Shown: in pieces, positions 12,646 through 25,039 of the stretch
Layout of the letters: every line of letters begins with the position of its first letter
How positions within the stretch are numbered: position 1 is the first letter of the stretch
Assembly: GCF_030144855.1 (NCBI RefSeq)
Contig: NC_082712.1
Span: 27,156,001 to 27,220,000 of the forward strand
DNA: 64,000 nucleotides
Source: Hypanus sabinus
Lineage: Eukaryota
Reading direction: 5' to 3'
Made by a program: the position numbers and the translations under genes
The notes under the pieces: model-generated
Databases searched by the model: none
What the model saw: the letters and a program-made list of their open reading frames with translations, nothing else
What the model was told of the DNA's origin: nothing

Positions 12646-13249
12646 TCACACTACAATTGTTTGCATTTTTGACTAAAGAAATTAATTAGCAGTCACTATT
12701 CCATTGATAAGTATTTTTACTGTATGTTGCTAATTTGCAGGTTGAACTTTCTGCAAAGCCTTTAATAGGCAAACACTGTGCAATGAAACTTAAACTGGAA
12801 TTTTCTTAAGCTAATTCCAGATCATCACAATATGATTGTGGTGTGCATGTCTTCCAAGCCAACTTGTACATAAATAGCATAATTCATGCACCATTATTTA
12901 TTTGGTACAGTCTGGTTAATTGTTGAGTAATGATTTGTCTTCAGGTGGGCACGTTTGCGCTATCCTCACACATTTCCGTCAGTAAGGGAAAGAAGGGAAT
13001 AATGAACGTTAGTGCCATCTTTAAAGTCTGTCCTTAACGTCTATTCTGATGCATGGGAGAAGAAATAAGAGGATCGTTCATCATAGGGTAGACAAGATAA
13101 TTTTTTTCCAAGGGTATAAACGACATTTGGAACAGACAGACAGAAGAGATATAAATTAAGTTGGAATGATGTTTGGCGCAGACATTATGGATAAAAGTAA
13201 AGATCCCTCAAGATCCTGAGCAATCTGACTTATTTCATCCAAAAGTGGG

Positions 13250-14372
13250 TTTTTGTTAGGTGTAAAGGGTTTGGTCAAGATTGTATATGCAGTTGGTAGC
13301 TTGTGACCTGTGGTGTACCAGAATCAGAAGGGGATCAATGATCTTGCAGGGAGGTTTACAAGAGCAGTAGTTGGGGGTGGTGTAAACTAACATGGCAGTG
13401 GGATGAGAACCAGTATGATTGAGCTGAGGATGAGCCAGCAGGTTTACAAGTAGATGATGGATGTAACATAAACGTAAAGCAAGTCTAGCCAATGACTGGA
13501 TACAAATGCAAACAAAGTAAAGAGTTAAATTGTACCACAGAGGCAAAATTCATAAGGGCAAAGAATATAGTTCTGAAGGTGCTGTATTTAAATGCACGTT
13601 GTATTCAGAATAAGTTGGACACACTTGTGGCGCAGTTAGAGATTGGTTGGTATGACGTTGTGGGCATCACTGAGTTGTAGCGAAAAGAAGGTCATAGTTG
13701 GGAGCTTATCATCAAAGGATATACTTTGTATCAAAAGGACAGGCAGGAAGGTATAGGCAGTGATGTGGCTCTAAACATGAGATAGAATTACATGTTTAGA
13801 AAGAGGTGACATAGGGTTGGAGAATGTTGAATCTGTGTGGGTACAGTTAAGAGAGTGCAAGGTTGAAAAAAACCATTATGGGAATCAAATATAGGCCTCC
13901 AAATAGTACCTAAAATATGGGATTGAGTTTGCAAAAGGAGCTGGAAAAGGCATGTAATAAGGGGTGGGAGATTTCACAATTGTGGTGGGAGATTTCAATA
14001 TGCAAGGGTTTTAAGAAAATCAGGTTGGTGTCAAATTGCAAGAGAGGGAATTTGCTGAATGCCTATGAGATGGATTTTTAGAGCAGCTTGTTCTTGAGCC
14101 TATTTGGGGAAAGGCTATCTTAGATTAGGTGTTCTATAATAACCTGGATATTATTAGGGAGCTTAATGTAAAGGAAACCTTAGGCAGTTATCATAATATG
14201 ACAGAATTTATACTGCAGTTTGAGAGAGAGAAGCCTAAGCCACATGTATCAATATCACAATGGAATAAAGGGAATTACAGAGACGTGAGAGAGGAGCTTG
14301 CCCAGGTAGGTTGGAGGAGGATACTGGTGGGTATGACGGCAGAGCAGAGATGACTGAAGATTCTGGGCATCA
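13250..14372 (+). mobile_element. CR1 LINE: end of ORF1 and APE endonuclease domain of ORF2
   Basis: LKVLYLNARCIQNKLDTL...YDVVGITE, then IVVGDFN coding at ~13980 and GSYHNMTEF (SDH-like motif). Confidence 0.9.
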
Positions 14373-16271
14373 TTGCTGTACATTCTCAAACCAAAAATGG
14401 TGGTTGAACCAGGAGGTACATCTTCTGCCAAAGGCTAGACCTGTGTGTGGCATTCAAGTCTGGTGACCCAGGTCTGTACCAGAAAACCGGGTATGACTTG
14501 CGGAGGTTCTATTTAAGGGCAGAGAGACAACTTCATATGAGGTTGAAGGCGACATCAGACGTACGACAACTCTGGCAGGGTTTGCAAGACATTACCTCCT
14601 ACAAAGCAAAACCAATACCATGAGGCAGCGATGCATCAATACCAGATGAACTCAACACCTTCTATGCCTGCTTTGAAAGGGAGAATATAATTGCAGTTGT
14701 GAAGATTCCTGCTGCACCCAGTGACTCTGTGATCTCTGTCTCAGAAACTGATGTTAGGCTGTCTTTAAAGAGAGTGAACCCTCGCAAGGTGGGAAGCCCC
14801 GAAGGAGTACCTGGTCAGGCTCTAAAAAATTGTGCTGACCAACTGGCGGGAGTATTCAAGGACATTTTCAACCTCTCACAGCTGCAGGTGAAAGTTCCCA
14901 CTTGCCTCAAAGAGGCAACAATTATATCAGTGCCTAAGAAGGATAATGTGATCTGCCTTAAAGACTTTCGCCCAGCAGCACTCAAATGCTTTGAGAGGTT
15001 GGTCATGACTAGACTGAACTCCTGCCTCAGCGAGAACCTGGACCCACAACAATTTGCCTATCACCAAAATAGGTCAATGGCAGACGCAATCTCTCAATGG
15101 CTCTTCACACGGCCTTAGACCACCTGGACAATAAAAGCACCTCTTTCAGGATGCTGTTCATTAACTATACATCAGCATTTAGCACCATCATTCTCAGAAT
15201 CCTGACTGATAAGTTACAGAATCTGGGCCTCTGTACCTCCCTCTGCAATTGGATCCTCAACTTCCTAACTGGAAGACAATAATCTGCATGGATTGGTGTT
15301 GATATCTTCTCCTCACTGACGATCAACACTTGTGTACCTCAGGGGTGTGTGCTTAGCCCACTGCTCCACTCCCTCTGTACTATTGACTGTGTGGCTAGGC
15401 ATAGCTCAAATTCCATCTATAAAGTTGCTGATGATACAACCATTGTTGGTAGAATCTCAAATGGAGACGAGAGGGCATACAGAAGCTACAACAACAACCT
15501 GGCACTCAACGTCAGTAAGACGAAAGAGCTGATTGTGTAGCTCAGGAAGAGTAAGACGAAGGAATACATACCAATTCTCACAGAGGGAGAGAATAAACTG
15601 CTTCAAGTTCTTGGGTGTCAAAATCTTTGAGGACCTAACCTAGTCCCAACATATCGATGTAGCTATAAAGAAGGCAAGACAGTGACTATACTTCATTTGG
15701 AGTTTGAAGACATTTGGTATGTCAACAGAAATACTCAAAAACTTCTATAGATGTACCTTGGAGAGCATTCTGACAGGCTGCATCTCTGTTTGGTATGGGG
15801 GGGTAGGGGTTGGGACTACTGCACAGGACCAAAAGAAGCTACACAGGGTCGTAAATTTAGTTGGCTTAATCTTGGATAGAGGCTTACAAAATACCCAGGA
15901 CATCTTCAAGGAGCGGTGTCTCAGAAAGCAGCATCCATTATTAAGGACTACCTCCCACCCAAAACCAAGGGCATACCCTCTTCTCATTGTTACCATCAGG
16001 TGGGAGGTACGGAAACCTGAAGGCACACACTCAGCGATTCAGGAACAGCTTCTTCCCCTTTGCCATCCGATTCCTAAATGGACATTGAACCTGTGGACAC
16101 TACCTCACTTTTTTAATATATATTATTTTTGTTTTTGCATAATTTTTAATCAATTCAATACATATACTGTGATTGATTGATTGATTTATCCTCTATATTA
16201 TAGATTGTGTTGAACTGCTGCTACTAAGTTAACAAATTTCATGACACATGGCAGTAATAATAAATCTGATT
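14373..16271 (+). mobile_element. Rex1/Babar LINE (RT region to 3' tail) nested in CR1
   Basis: ORFs 14699-15118 (VNPRKVGSPEGVPGQALKNCADQLAGVFKDIFNLS), 15349-15540 (LSPLL..KVADDTTIVG) and 15704-16180. Tail AATAAATCTGATTCT. Confidence 0.92.
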
Positions 16272-16285
16272 CTATCCTGCGCCTT

Positions 16286-18076
16286 GCAGGATAGCTATGT
16301 CCCACAGAAGAGGTAGTTCTCAAATGGCAGGGGTAGGCAACCATGGCTGACAAGGGAAGTTAAGGACTGTATAAAAGCCAAGCAAAAGACATATAAGGTA
16401 GCAAAAGTGAGTGGGAAGTTGGATAATTGGGAAGTTTTTAAAATCTATCAAAAGGCAACTAAAAAAGCTATAAGAAGGGAAAAAATGAAATAAGAAGGCA
16501 GACTGGCCAATAATGTAATGCAGGATACCAGAAGTTTTTTCACTTACATAAAGAGTAGAAAGGAGGAGAGTTGATATTGAACCACTGGAAAACGATGCTG
16601 GTGAGATAGTAATGGGGGACAAATTAATGACAGATAAACTTATTAAATACTTTGCATTTGTCTTCCCTGTGGAAGACATTAGCAGTATACCAGAGGTCGA
16701 TGAATGTCAGGGAGCAGGAGTGAGTGCCATTGCTATTACTAAGGAAAAAGTGCAAGACAAAGTGAAAGACCTTAAGATGGATAAGTCACTTGGACCAGAT
16801 GGACTACATCCCAAACTCCTGATTGAGGTTGCTGAAGAGATAACAGACGCATTGGTCATGATCGCTCAAGAATCACTTAATTCTAGCATGGTCCCAGAGG
16901 ACTGGAAGATTTCAAATGTCACTCCACTCTTTAAGAAGGGAAAAAACAAAAGAAAGGAAATTATATGCCAGTTAGTCTAACCTCAGTCATTGGGAAAGTG
17001 TAGGAATCTATTATTAGGTTTTGGGGTATTTGGAGACTAATGATAAAATAAGTCAAAGCCAGCATGGTTTCTGTGAGGGGAAATCTTGCCTGACAAATCT
17101 GTGAGGGTACTTGGAGAAAGTAACAAGCAGAGCGGACAGAGGAGAGGTGGAGACGTCATTTACTTGGATTTTCAGAAGGCATTTGATAAGGTGCCACACA
17201 TGAAGCTCCTTAACAAGATAAAATTCTATGGTGTTTACAGGAAATATACTGGCATGAACAGAAGAATGGCTGACAGGCAAGAGGCAGTGAGTGGGAATAA
17301 AAGGGGACTTTCCTGGTTGGTTGTGAGTGACTAGTGGTGTTCCTCAGTGGTCATTATTGGGACTGCTGCTTTTCACATTGTTTTTCAGTGATTTGGATCA
17401 TGAAATTAATGGCTTTGTGACAAAGTTTGTGGATGCTACGAAGATAGCTGGAGGGGTAGGTAGTGCTGAGGAAGCAATAAGATTACAGCAGGACTTAGAC
17501 AATTTGGAGGAATGGGCAAAAATATTTCAGCTGGAAAACAGTGTTGGGAGATGTATGATAATGCATTTTGGTGAAAGGAACAATAGTACTGACTATTATC
17601 TAAATGGGGTGAAGGTTCAGAGGTGCAGAGAGACTTAGAAATCCTCACGCAGGACTCCCAGAAGGTTAATTTCCAGGTTTAGTCTGTGGTAAAGTGGGCA
17701 AATAAAATGTTGGCATTATTGTAAGGGAAATAGAATATAAAAGCAAGGAGATAATGTTGAGGCTTTATAAGACATGTGTCATGCTGCACTTGGTGCATTG
17801 TCAACATTTTTGGGCCCCATATCTCAGAAAGGATGTTTTGTCAGTGGAGAGATTACAATGGAGGACTGCGAGGATGATTCCGGGAATGAATTGGTTAACA
17901 TATGATCCGTGTTTGGCATCTTTGGGCCTGTACTCGCTGGAATTTAGAAGAATGGTGGGGGATCTCAGTGAACTTTGCCGACTGTTGAGAGGACTGGATC
18001 AGGTGGATGTGGAGAGGATGTTTCCTATGGTGGGGATATCCAGCACTAGAGGGCACAGCCTCAGAATTGAGGGGTG
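16286..18076 (+). mobile_element. CR1 LINE ORF2 continuation (RT) after the Rex insertion
   Basis: ORFs 16612-16980 (KSLGPDGLHPKLL..VPEDWKISNVTPLFKKG), 17086 (DVIYLDFQKAFDKVPH), 17327 (SGVPQ..KFVDATKI) and 17754. Frameshifted. Confidence 0.92.
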
Positions 18077-18084
18077 ATCTTTTG

Positions 18085-18365
18085 ATGAAATCTGGCTGAG
18101 TTTACAGCTTTCTGCAGCTTTTTCCGATTCTTTGCAGTAGCCACTCCATACCAGATGGTAGTGCTACCAGTTACAATACTCTCCACAGTACATCTACAGA
18201 AATTTGCGCGAGTCTTTGGTGACATACCAAATCTCCTCAAGGTCTTAATGAAATATAGCTGTGGTTGTGCTTTCTTTGCAATTGCATCAATATGTTGGGC
18301 TTGGGATAGATCTTCAGAAATGTTGACACCCTGGAAGTTGAAATAGCTCACCCTTTCCACTTCTG
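18085..18365 (-). mobile_element. Rex1/Babar fragment
   Basis: ORF 18061-18360: KKAQPQLYFIKTLRRFGMSPKTRANFCRCTVESIVTGS. Confidence 0.85.
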
Positions 18366-18477
18366 GTGCATCCAGCAGAGCACAGCAGACATCCAGCTGG
18401 GCCTATTTCATCACCCTCTACACATAGCCTGTTTTTTTTTCCTTTTCCATTTAAGCACATTGCAATTAAATCCATCT

Positions 18478-19575
18478 TCATAAAATTCTATGGTTTTTAC
18501 AGGAAAGAATGGATGACAGGCAGGAGGCTGTGAATGGGAATGAAGGAAGCCTTTTCTGGTTGGTTGCTAGTCAATAATGGTGTTCCTCAGAGGTCAATAT
18601 TGGGACTGCTACTTTTCGCACTGTTTATTAATGATTTGGATAACGGAACTGATGGCTTTGTGGCAAAGTTTGCAGATGATATGAAGATAGGTGAGTGGTA
18701 GGTAGTGCTGAGGAAGTATTGTAATTGCAGCAGGACATAGACAAATTGGAAGAATGGGCAAAAATGTGACAGTTGGGATACAGTGTTGGGAAATGTATGA
18801 TAATGCATTTTGATAAGAGTAACAATAGTGCAGACTATTATCTAAATGGGGAGAAAATTCAAACATCAGAGATGCAAAGGGACATAGGAGTCCTCATGCA
18901 AGACTCCCAGAAGGTTAATTTACAGGTTGAGTCTGTGGTAAAAAGTCAAATGCAATGTTGCCGTTTATTTCAAGGGAATAGAATATAAAAGCAAGGAGAT
19001 AATGCTGCGGCCTTATAAGATACTAGTCAGGCCGTACAGAGTAGTGTCAAGAGTTTTGGGCCCCATACCTCAGAAAGGAAGTGTTGTCATTGGAGAGAGT
19101 CCAGAATTGCTTCAAGAAAATGGTTCCAGGAATGAAAGGGAGGAGTATGAGGAGTATTTAGAAGCTTTGGGCCTGTATTCATTAGAACTTAGAAGAATGT
19201 GGGGGGATCTCATTGAACCTTACGGAATGTGGAAGGGCTAGATAGGGTGGATGTGGAGAGAATGTTTCCTATGGTGAAAATATCCTGAATTAGAGGTCAC
19301 AGCCTCAAAATTGAGGGGCCGACCTTTTAGAACGGAGGTAAGGAGGAATTTTTTTAGCCAGAGTATAGTGAATCTGTGGAAGGCCCTGCCACAAACTGCT
19401 GTGGAGGCCAAGTCAGTGGGTATATTTAAAGCAAAAATTGATCGTTTTCTGATTGGTCAGCGCATCAAAGGTTATGGCGAGAAGGCATATGTAAGGGGTT
19501 GCGTGGATCCAAGATGGGCCACAATGGAATGGCAGAGCAGACTCGATGGGCTGAATGGCCCAATTCAGCTCTGAT
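18478..19575 (+). mobile_element. Second CR1 copy (RT to 3' end)
   Basis: Homologous to 17215-18076. ORFs 18773, 19002 and 19311 (RTEVRRNFFSQSIVNLWKALP). Confidence 0.9.
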
Positions 19576-19989
19576 GTCAAGTAGGTGCGCAACCCTTGCT
19601 GTTTGCTATTTCCATGAAAGAAATGGAGGTGAATGCAGAAAGTATTGTTTGATCAGCAAATATTCAAGTGATTGAACTATGATGCAGTCATTAATAACAA
19701 GGGTAGTCATCTTTGTCTACAGAGTTATGTTTATCAGTTTGTAAGATGACAGAGAAATGGAAGATAAAACTTAATACTGAAGTAATTTTATGAAATGTGA
19801 GAATTTGGGAAGACAAACATAATAAATGGCAGAACCCTTTAAAGCACTGAGTAATAGAAGTCAGTGTACATGTCCGAGTTTCCCCAAAGGTAGGATAAAG
19901 TGGTCAAGAGCATAGTAGCCAAGCCAAAGGCTAAGAGATCAAGAAGATTGTCATATAATAGTTGTTAAGACATAGATAGTATACAGCCA

Positions 19990-20630
19990 TAAGGACATAA
20001 GAAATAGGAGCAGGAGTAGGCCATCTGGCCCATCGAACCTGCTCTGCCATTCAATAAGATATTGGCTGATCGGGCCATGAACTCATTCCACCTACCTGCC
20101 TTTTCTCCATAACCCTTAATTCCCCAACTATGTAAAAATCTATCCAACCTTGTATTAAATATATTTACTGAGGTAGCCTCCACTGCTTCAATGGGTAGAA
20201 AATTCAACAAATTCACCACTCTCTGGGAAAGGCAGTTCCTCCTCATCTCTACTCCCCCGAATCTTGAGGCAATGTCCCCCCGTTCTAGTCTCAGTACCAG
20301 TGGAAATAACTTCCATACTTCTATCTTATCTATCCCTTTCATAATTGTATATGTTTCTAAATGATGTCTCTTCCCATTCTGAATTCCAGTGAGTACAGTC
20401 CCAGGCAACCCAACCTTTCCACATACTCTAACCCTCTCATCTCTGGAATCAACTTGGTGAAACGCCTCGGCACCACCTCCAAAGCCAGCATATCCTTCCT
20501 CATGTAAGGAGATCAGAACTGCATGCAATACTTCAGGTGTGATCTCAGTTGCAGCATCACCTCCCTGCTCTTAACTTCAATCCCAGAGGCAATGAAGGCC
20601 AACATCCCATTTGCCTTATTGATAGCCTCT
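19990..20630 (-). mobile_element. CR1 3' fragment inserted into an older + strand CR1 (19740-21000)
   Basis: ORF 19965-20528: RRNCLSQRVVNLLNFLP..RLDRFL. Tail CATAAGGACATAAGAAATAGGAGCAGG on +. Confidence 0.85.
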
Positions 20631-21009
20631 TGCTTCTGGTAGTTAGTAGTTCTGGGCTCCAGACTATAGAAAGGAGATGACTACACAGGACAGTTATGAA
20701 GGATATTTGTCAGGATGTTGCCTCAGTTCTGGAGTCTCAGTAATGATGAGAGACTGGATTGGGCAGTTTTGTTTCCTTTGAACCAGAAAAAAACCCAGGG
20801 GAGATCTGATTAAGGAACACAAAACTATGAAGACTGCACGACAGATAGAAAGAAACTTGTCCTTTTAGCTGAGTTGTCTTCAGATTAGAGGATTTTTTTT
20901 GCATGAATAGATAGATAGAACTCACTTCATGAGGAAGTGATGGAGGCCAATATTCACACAATATTTTAGATGCATTCCAAATGAGTAACTTGGAGGATAT
21001 GGCTTATCT

Positions 21010-21385
21010 CTTCTGAGTTCTGATGAAGAATCTTAAACTTAAGAAGTTAGTTTTTTTTTTGTCCACAGATGGTGCCTGTGTTTCCAGCAATTTCTGGTTT
21101 TCATTTTCTTTTCTAGCATTTATGAGATTTTCATGGACCTCAGAATATTGGTAATAATTTCTTTTAAAGAAAGGATAACCAGATTGCTTTGAAATTGAAC
21201 TTCACCACAACTCTCAAAAACATTCAAAAACTTTTCATATGCAATAGTAACTATATTGTGTTGTTGGAAAGTCATTGTATCGGCATAAAGATATACAACG
21301 TTCAATGCTGCCTGACCTGCTGTGTTCTTCCAGCACAGTATGTGTGTTACTCTAGATTTCCAGTATCTGCATAATCTTTTGTGCA
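21010..21385 (+). mobile_element. Two decayed Penelope-derived 3' ends (~21010-21120 and ~21300-21385)
   Basis: TTCTGATGAAG...TCCACAGATGGTGCCTG...TTCCAGCA and ATGCTGCCTGACCTGCTGTGTTCTTCCAGCA...TTTCCAGTATCTGCA. Confidence 0.6.
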
Positions 21386-21829
21386 CACATATCCAATTTG
21401 AGTAGGGCAAATCTCAACTCAAGTTGACTTGAATCTTAACTCAAGTTAAGTATGTGGCTGTTTATTACTTTTGAGAATGCAATGTTGGCTATGTATTCTT
21501 TCTTCACTGTGCCACAGAATCTTTTTGCTTGTTTAAACAATTTGACATGGTTTTCACTTGAAGTCACATCCAGCATCAAATGATAAAAAGGGTTAATCAC
21601 TGGTTATTATCCTTCCTAATAGGTAGATGAACAGTGAGCCACCTTATTCCTTTATAGACATTAATTATTAGCCATTGATGCGAACAAATTCAGTTCAGTG
21701 ACAGCCAGAAAATAATCAAAAGGATCCTGTGGTTTATTTGACATCAATATGTTATAAAAGACGATGATACATCAGTACAATTTTTTGTGATATTGATTAT
21801 GGGGTTCTGTAAACTACAATACGAGTCCA

Positions 21830-22075
21830 GAAGATCATAATAAGATATAGGAGCAGGATTAGACAACTGGCCCATCGAATCTGCTGCACCATTTCATCAT
21901 GGCTGATGTATTTTCCCTGTCAGCTCCAATCTCCTAGCTTCCTCCCTGTATGCCTTCATTTCCTGACTAATCATGAACCTATCAACCTCTGCCTTAAATA
22001 TACTCAATAACCTGGCCTCCACAGCCACCTATGGCAACAAATTCGACCAACTCACCATTCTCTGGCTGAAGAACC
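21830..22075 (-). mobile_element. CR1 3' end
   Basis: ATAAGATATAGGAGCAGGATTAG...CTATCAACCTCTGCCTTAAATATACTCAAT. Confidence 0.8.
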
Positions 22076-22790
22076 AGTTAAATTGGTTGCATTAACATCA
22101 CTCTTTTTAGCAAGTTTCTAATTTCACTGAAGCTACAGCTATAAACAGTAAAGTTTTGTATAAAGTCAGTTATTCACAGGAAAGAAACTTGTTGTTTGGA
22201 AAATAATCCACTTAGGTTGTTGAAGGTTTTAAGAGCTTGCACACAATGTGTTCATGAGGGAAATTGTATGGATTGCCTTGTTCAGCAGCTTAATTGCTAC
22301 AATTTTTAAGAATTTCTTGAAGTTCACACTTCATGCAATAGAATTTGTGTTCATTATTTTGTCATCATGTTATTAACACTTTAGCTAGGTGTGAAAACAC
22401 GGTGGCATAATTACACTTTCCATTGCAGCAAGATGACCGAGGTGCCGATTTATAAACCAATAAAAAAATGTCATGATAATTGACACTTAGGCCTTTCAGC
22501 ATTAAAGGACTCCTTAGCAAGCTATTTCTTTCCTTTGCCAATTATAAAATGATGACATTGTGAAATTGTCATTATTATATAAAAAGAAAAGTGAGATATC
22601 GCTATTAAAGGTTTAACGGCTTAACTCCTAATAAAGTAATAAACCACATTCCAATGTAGATAATGTTCTGATAAAGATATTAATATGCTCCAGAACTTTC
22701 AGTATTGTATATATACATCAGATTGAATCTTTATAATTGTGTAATGGATGGGATTTTAGGGCTGGGAAGCAAAACAGTTTTTTTAATAAC

Positions 22791-22956
22791 AGGCAGGTAA
22801 AATCTGCAGATACTGGAAATCCAAGTCACACACACAAAATGCTGGAGGAACTCAGCAGGCCGGGCAGCATCTATGGAAAAAGGTACGGTGGGCATCTCTG
22901 GCCAAAACACTTCATCAGGTCCTGGCCTACTGAGTTCCTCCATCATTTTGTGTCTG
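22791..22956 (-). mobile_element. Penelope-derived short element with ~30 bp inverted segments
   Basis: ACACAAAATGCTGGAGGAACTCAGCAGGCC ... GGCCTACTGAGTTCCTCCATCATTTTGTGT. 11 bp TSD TTTTTAATAAC at 22780-22790 and 22957-22967. Degenerate hammerhead on the minus strand. Confidence 0.85.
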
Positions 22957-22989
22957 TTTTTAATAACTGGAACTTGGACCATAAGACTA

Positions 22990-23360
22990 CATTTCAAAGT
23001 TCAAAATACTTTTTATTATCAAAATATATATACTTTATACAACCTCGAGATTTGTCTCCTTGTGGGCAGCAACAAAACAAAGAAACCCAATAGAATCCAT
23101 TAAAAACAAAAAAAAGACCAAACAGCCAGTGTGCAGAGAAAGATAAAAACAAATCATGCAAACAATAAAAGAGGGCTAAGAGCATTCAGAACTAAAGTTC
23201 ACAATATCGGGGATCGCAGCAGCCAATCTAGATATCTTCTATTTGCAGGCCACAGTCTCAGTCGAGTGCAAATTTGAGCAAACCTTGTGGAGCAGTGAAC
23301 TGAGAAAGCCCATTTCTTGCCTCTGACACCCAAACCCTGACCATTTCAATCCGGCCCATG
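22990..23360 (-). mobile_element. Non-autonomous element with Rex-type tail (same family as 1-538)
   Basis: TTCAAAGTTCAAAATACTTTTATTATC tail and the shared internal motif CCCTGACCATTTCAATCCGGCCC. Confidence 0.65.
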
Positions 23361-23364
23361 CTTA

Positions 23365-23815
23365 AATAATAAGATTTAGGAGCAGAATTCAACCCATCAT
23401 GTTTTCTTTGTTGATTTAGTATCCCTCTCAACTCTTCCACTTGGCATAACTTACTTATTATTATTTAATTATTTATGGTTTAATATTACTATATTTCTAC
23501 ACTATTCTTGGTTGGTGCGACTGTAATGAAACCCAATTTTCCTCGGGGTCAGTAAAGTATGTCTGTCTGTCTGTCTAATCTCCTGCCTGGTAACCTTTGA
23601 CACCCTTACTAATCATCAACCTATCAACCACCACTTTAAAATAACCCAATGACTTGGCCTCCACGGCCATCTGTAATAATAAATTCCACAGATCCATCAT
23701 CTTCTGGTTCAAAATTCCTTCTCATAACAGTTCAAAGGGATATCTTATGTTCTGAGGCTGTACCATCTGGTCCTTAACTTCCCCATTATAGGAAACATCT
23801 TTTCAATGTCCAACT
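23365..23815 (-). mobile_element. CR1 3' end interrupted by a short + strand LINE tail (23440-23576, (GTCT)n)
   Basis: CR1 3' motifs flank CGGGGTCAGTAAAGTATGTCTGTCTGTCTGTCT on both sides. Confidence 0.7.
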
Positions 23816-23994
23816 TTATGGCAGGAGGAATAATGGTTAACTGCACAGTTAGCCTAATCTATTCTGCCCCCAGAATATACCTGTGCAGCACCTTTGTATT
23901 ATTTTGTAAATTCCATCATTATGTTATTTCAGATTTCTCACCACCTTCGATTTCTCTGGGGATTTAGCACCAAATGATTAGTAATAATTTGAGC

Positions 23995-24110
23995 GCAACA
24001 TGAGTGAATCTGCAGATGCTGGAAAAACTAAAAACACAAAATGCTGGCAGAATTTAGCAGGCCAGACAGCATCTATGGGAGGATGTCGTGATGATGTTTC
24101 ATCAGGAGTC
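23995..24110 (-). mobile_element. Penelope-derived short element, hammerhead helix II deleted
   Basis: AATCTGCAGATGCTGG...GATGTTTCATCAGGAG. The minus strand reads CTGATGA-AACATC. Confidence 0.75.
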
Positions 24111-24699
24111 TTTGAAGTCTGTTGCAAAGCACGCCTTGATTGCTCCAATTCATATTACATCTGAGCTGAATCCCAACCTGGAATCGCAAAGTGAAAATTG
24201 ATGCTTAGCCACCTTCCATGACTTTATTCCCTCTTCCATAAAAACTGGAGCAGAAAACTACATCTTCCATCAACCTGCTCCACCATGCCTCTTCTGATCA
24301 TTGGCTCCAGTTCCACTTCCTGCCTAATCTCCACCATCTTTGATTATCCAGAGATCTAGGAATCTCTGTCTTCATTATTCTTAAAAATTCAGCATCAAGA
24401 GCTGTCCAAAGTAGACAATTCCAAAGGCTCACAACCCAACTAGAGCAGTTCAATTTCATCCAATATATCAGCTTCCCCATCAGTAGCTGCATTCATCATT
24501 TAGATCTGAGTTGGAATATGATTTATGAATGTCCAGAAAGTGACCGAACTCAAGGACCTGAGGAGCCATATTCTTGCATTAATTAAACAGTCTTCATACG
24601 CTGTCAGAAAGATTTGAATCTTCAATTTAAGTCTGTTGAAATTTTAATCAGCTTTATGTGAATTCTGGAGAGGTTTGTTGGAAGAATTTATTTTTATTT

Positions 24700-24950
24700 A
24701 AATGTGCAACACTGTAACAGACCCTTCTAGCCCAACCAGTTTGAGTCACCCCATTAAATTCAGGTGAACAATTAACTTACTAACTCATACATCAGTGGAA
24801 TGTTGGAGGAAACCAAAACATCTGGAGGAAACCTATGCAGCTCACAGGGAGAATGTACAAACTCCTCACAGACAGTGGCAGGAATTAAACCCAGGTCACT
24901 TGCACTGTAGTTGCATTTGTGCTAACAGCTACACTGCCATGCCATCCCAA
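24700..24950 (-). mobile_element. tRNA-derived V-domain SINE
   Basis: GGAGGAAACC..GGAGGAAACC..CACAGGGAGAATGTACAAACTCCTCACAGAC...GCTAACAGCTACACTGCCATGCC. Confidence 0.8.
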
Positions 24951-25039
24951 GTTGAGAAGTTTGGTTTGCTGTGTGAGTCTTTGGCTGTGACAGATTAAAA
25001 GCAAAGCTTTATTGTGGTTTATGCCTTTATAAAAACATG

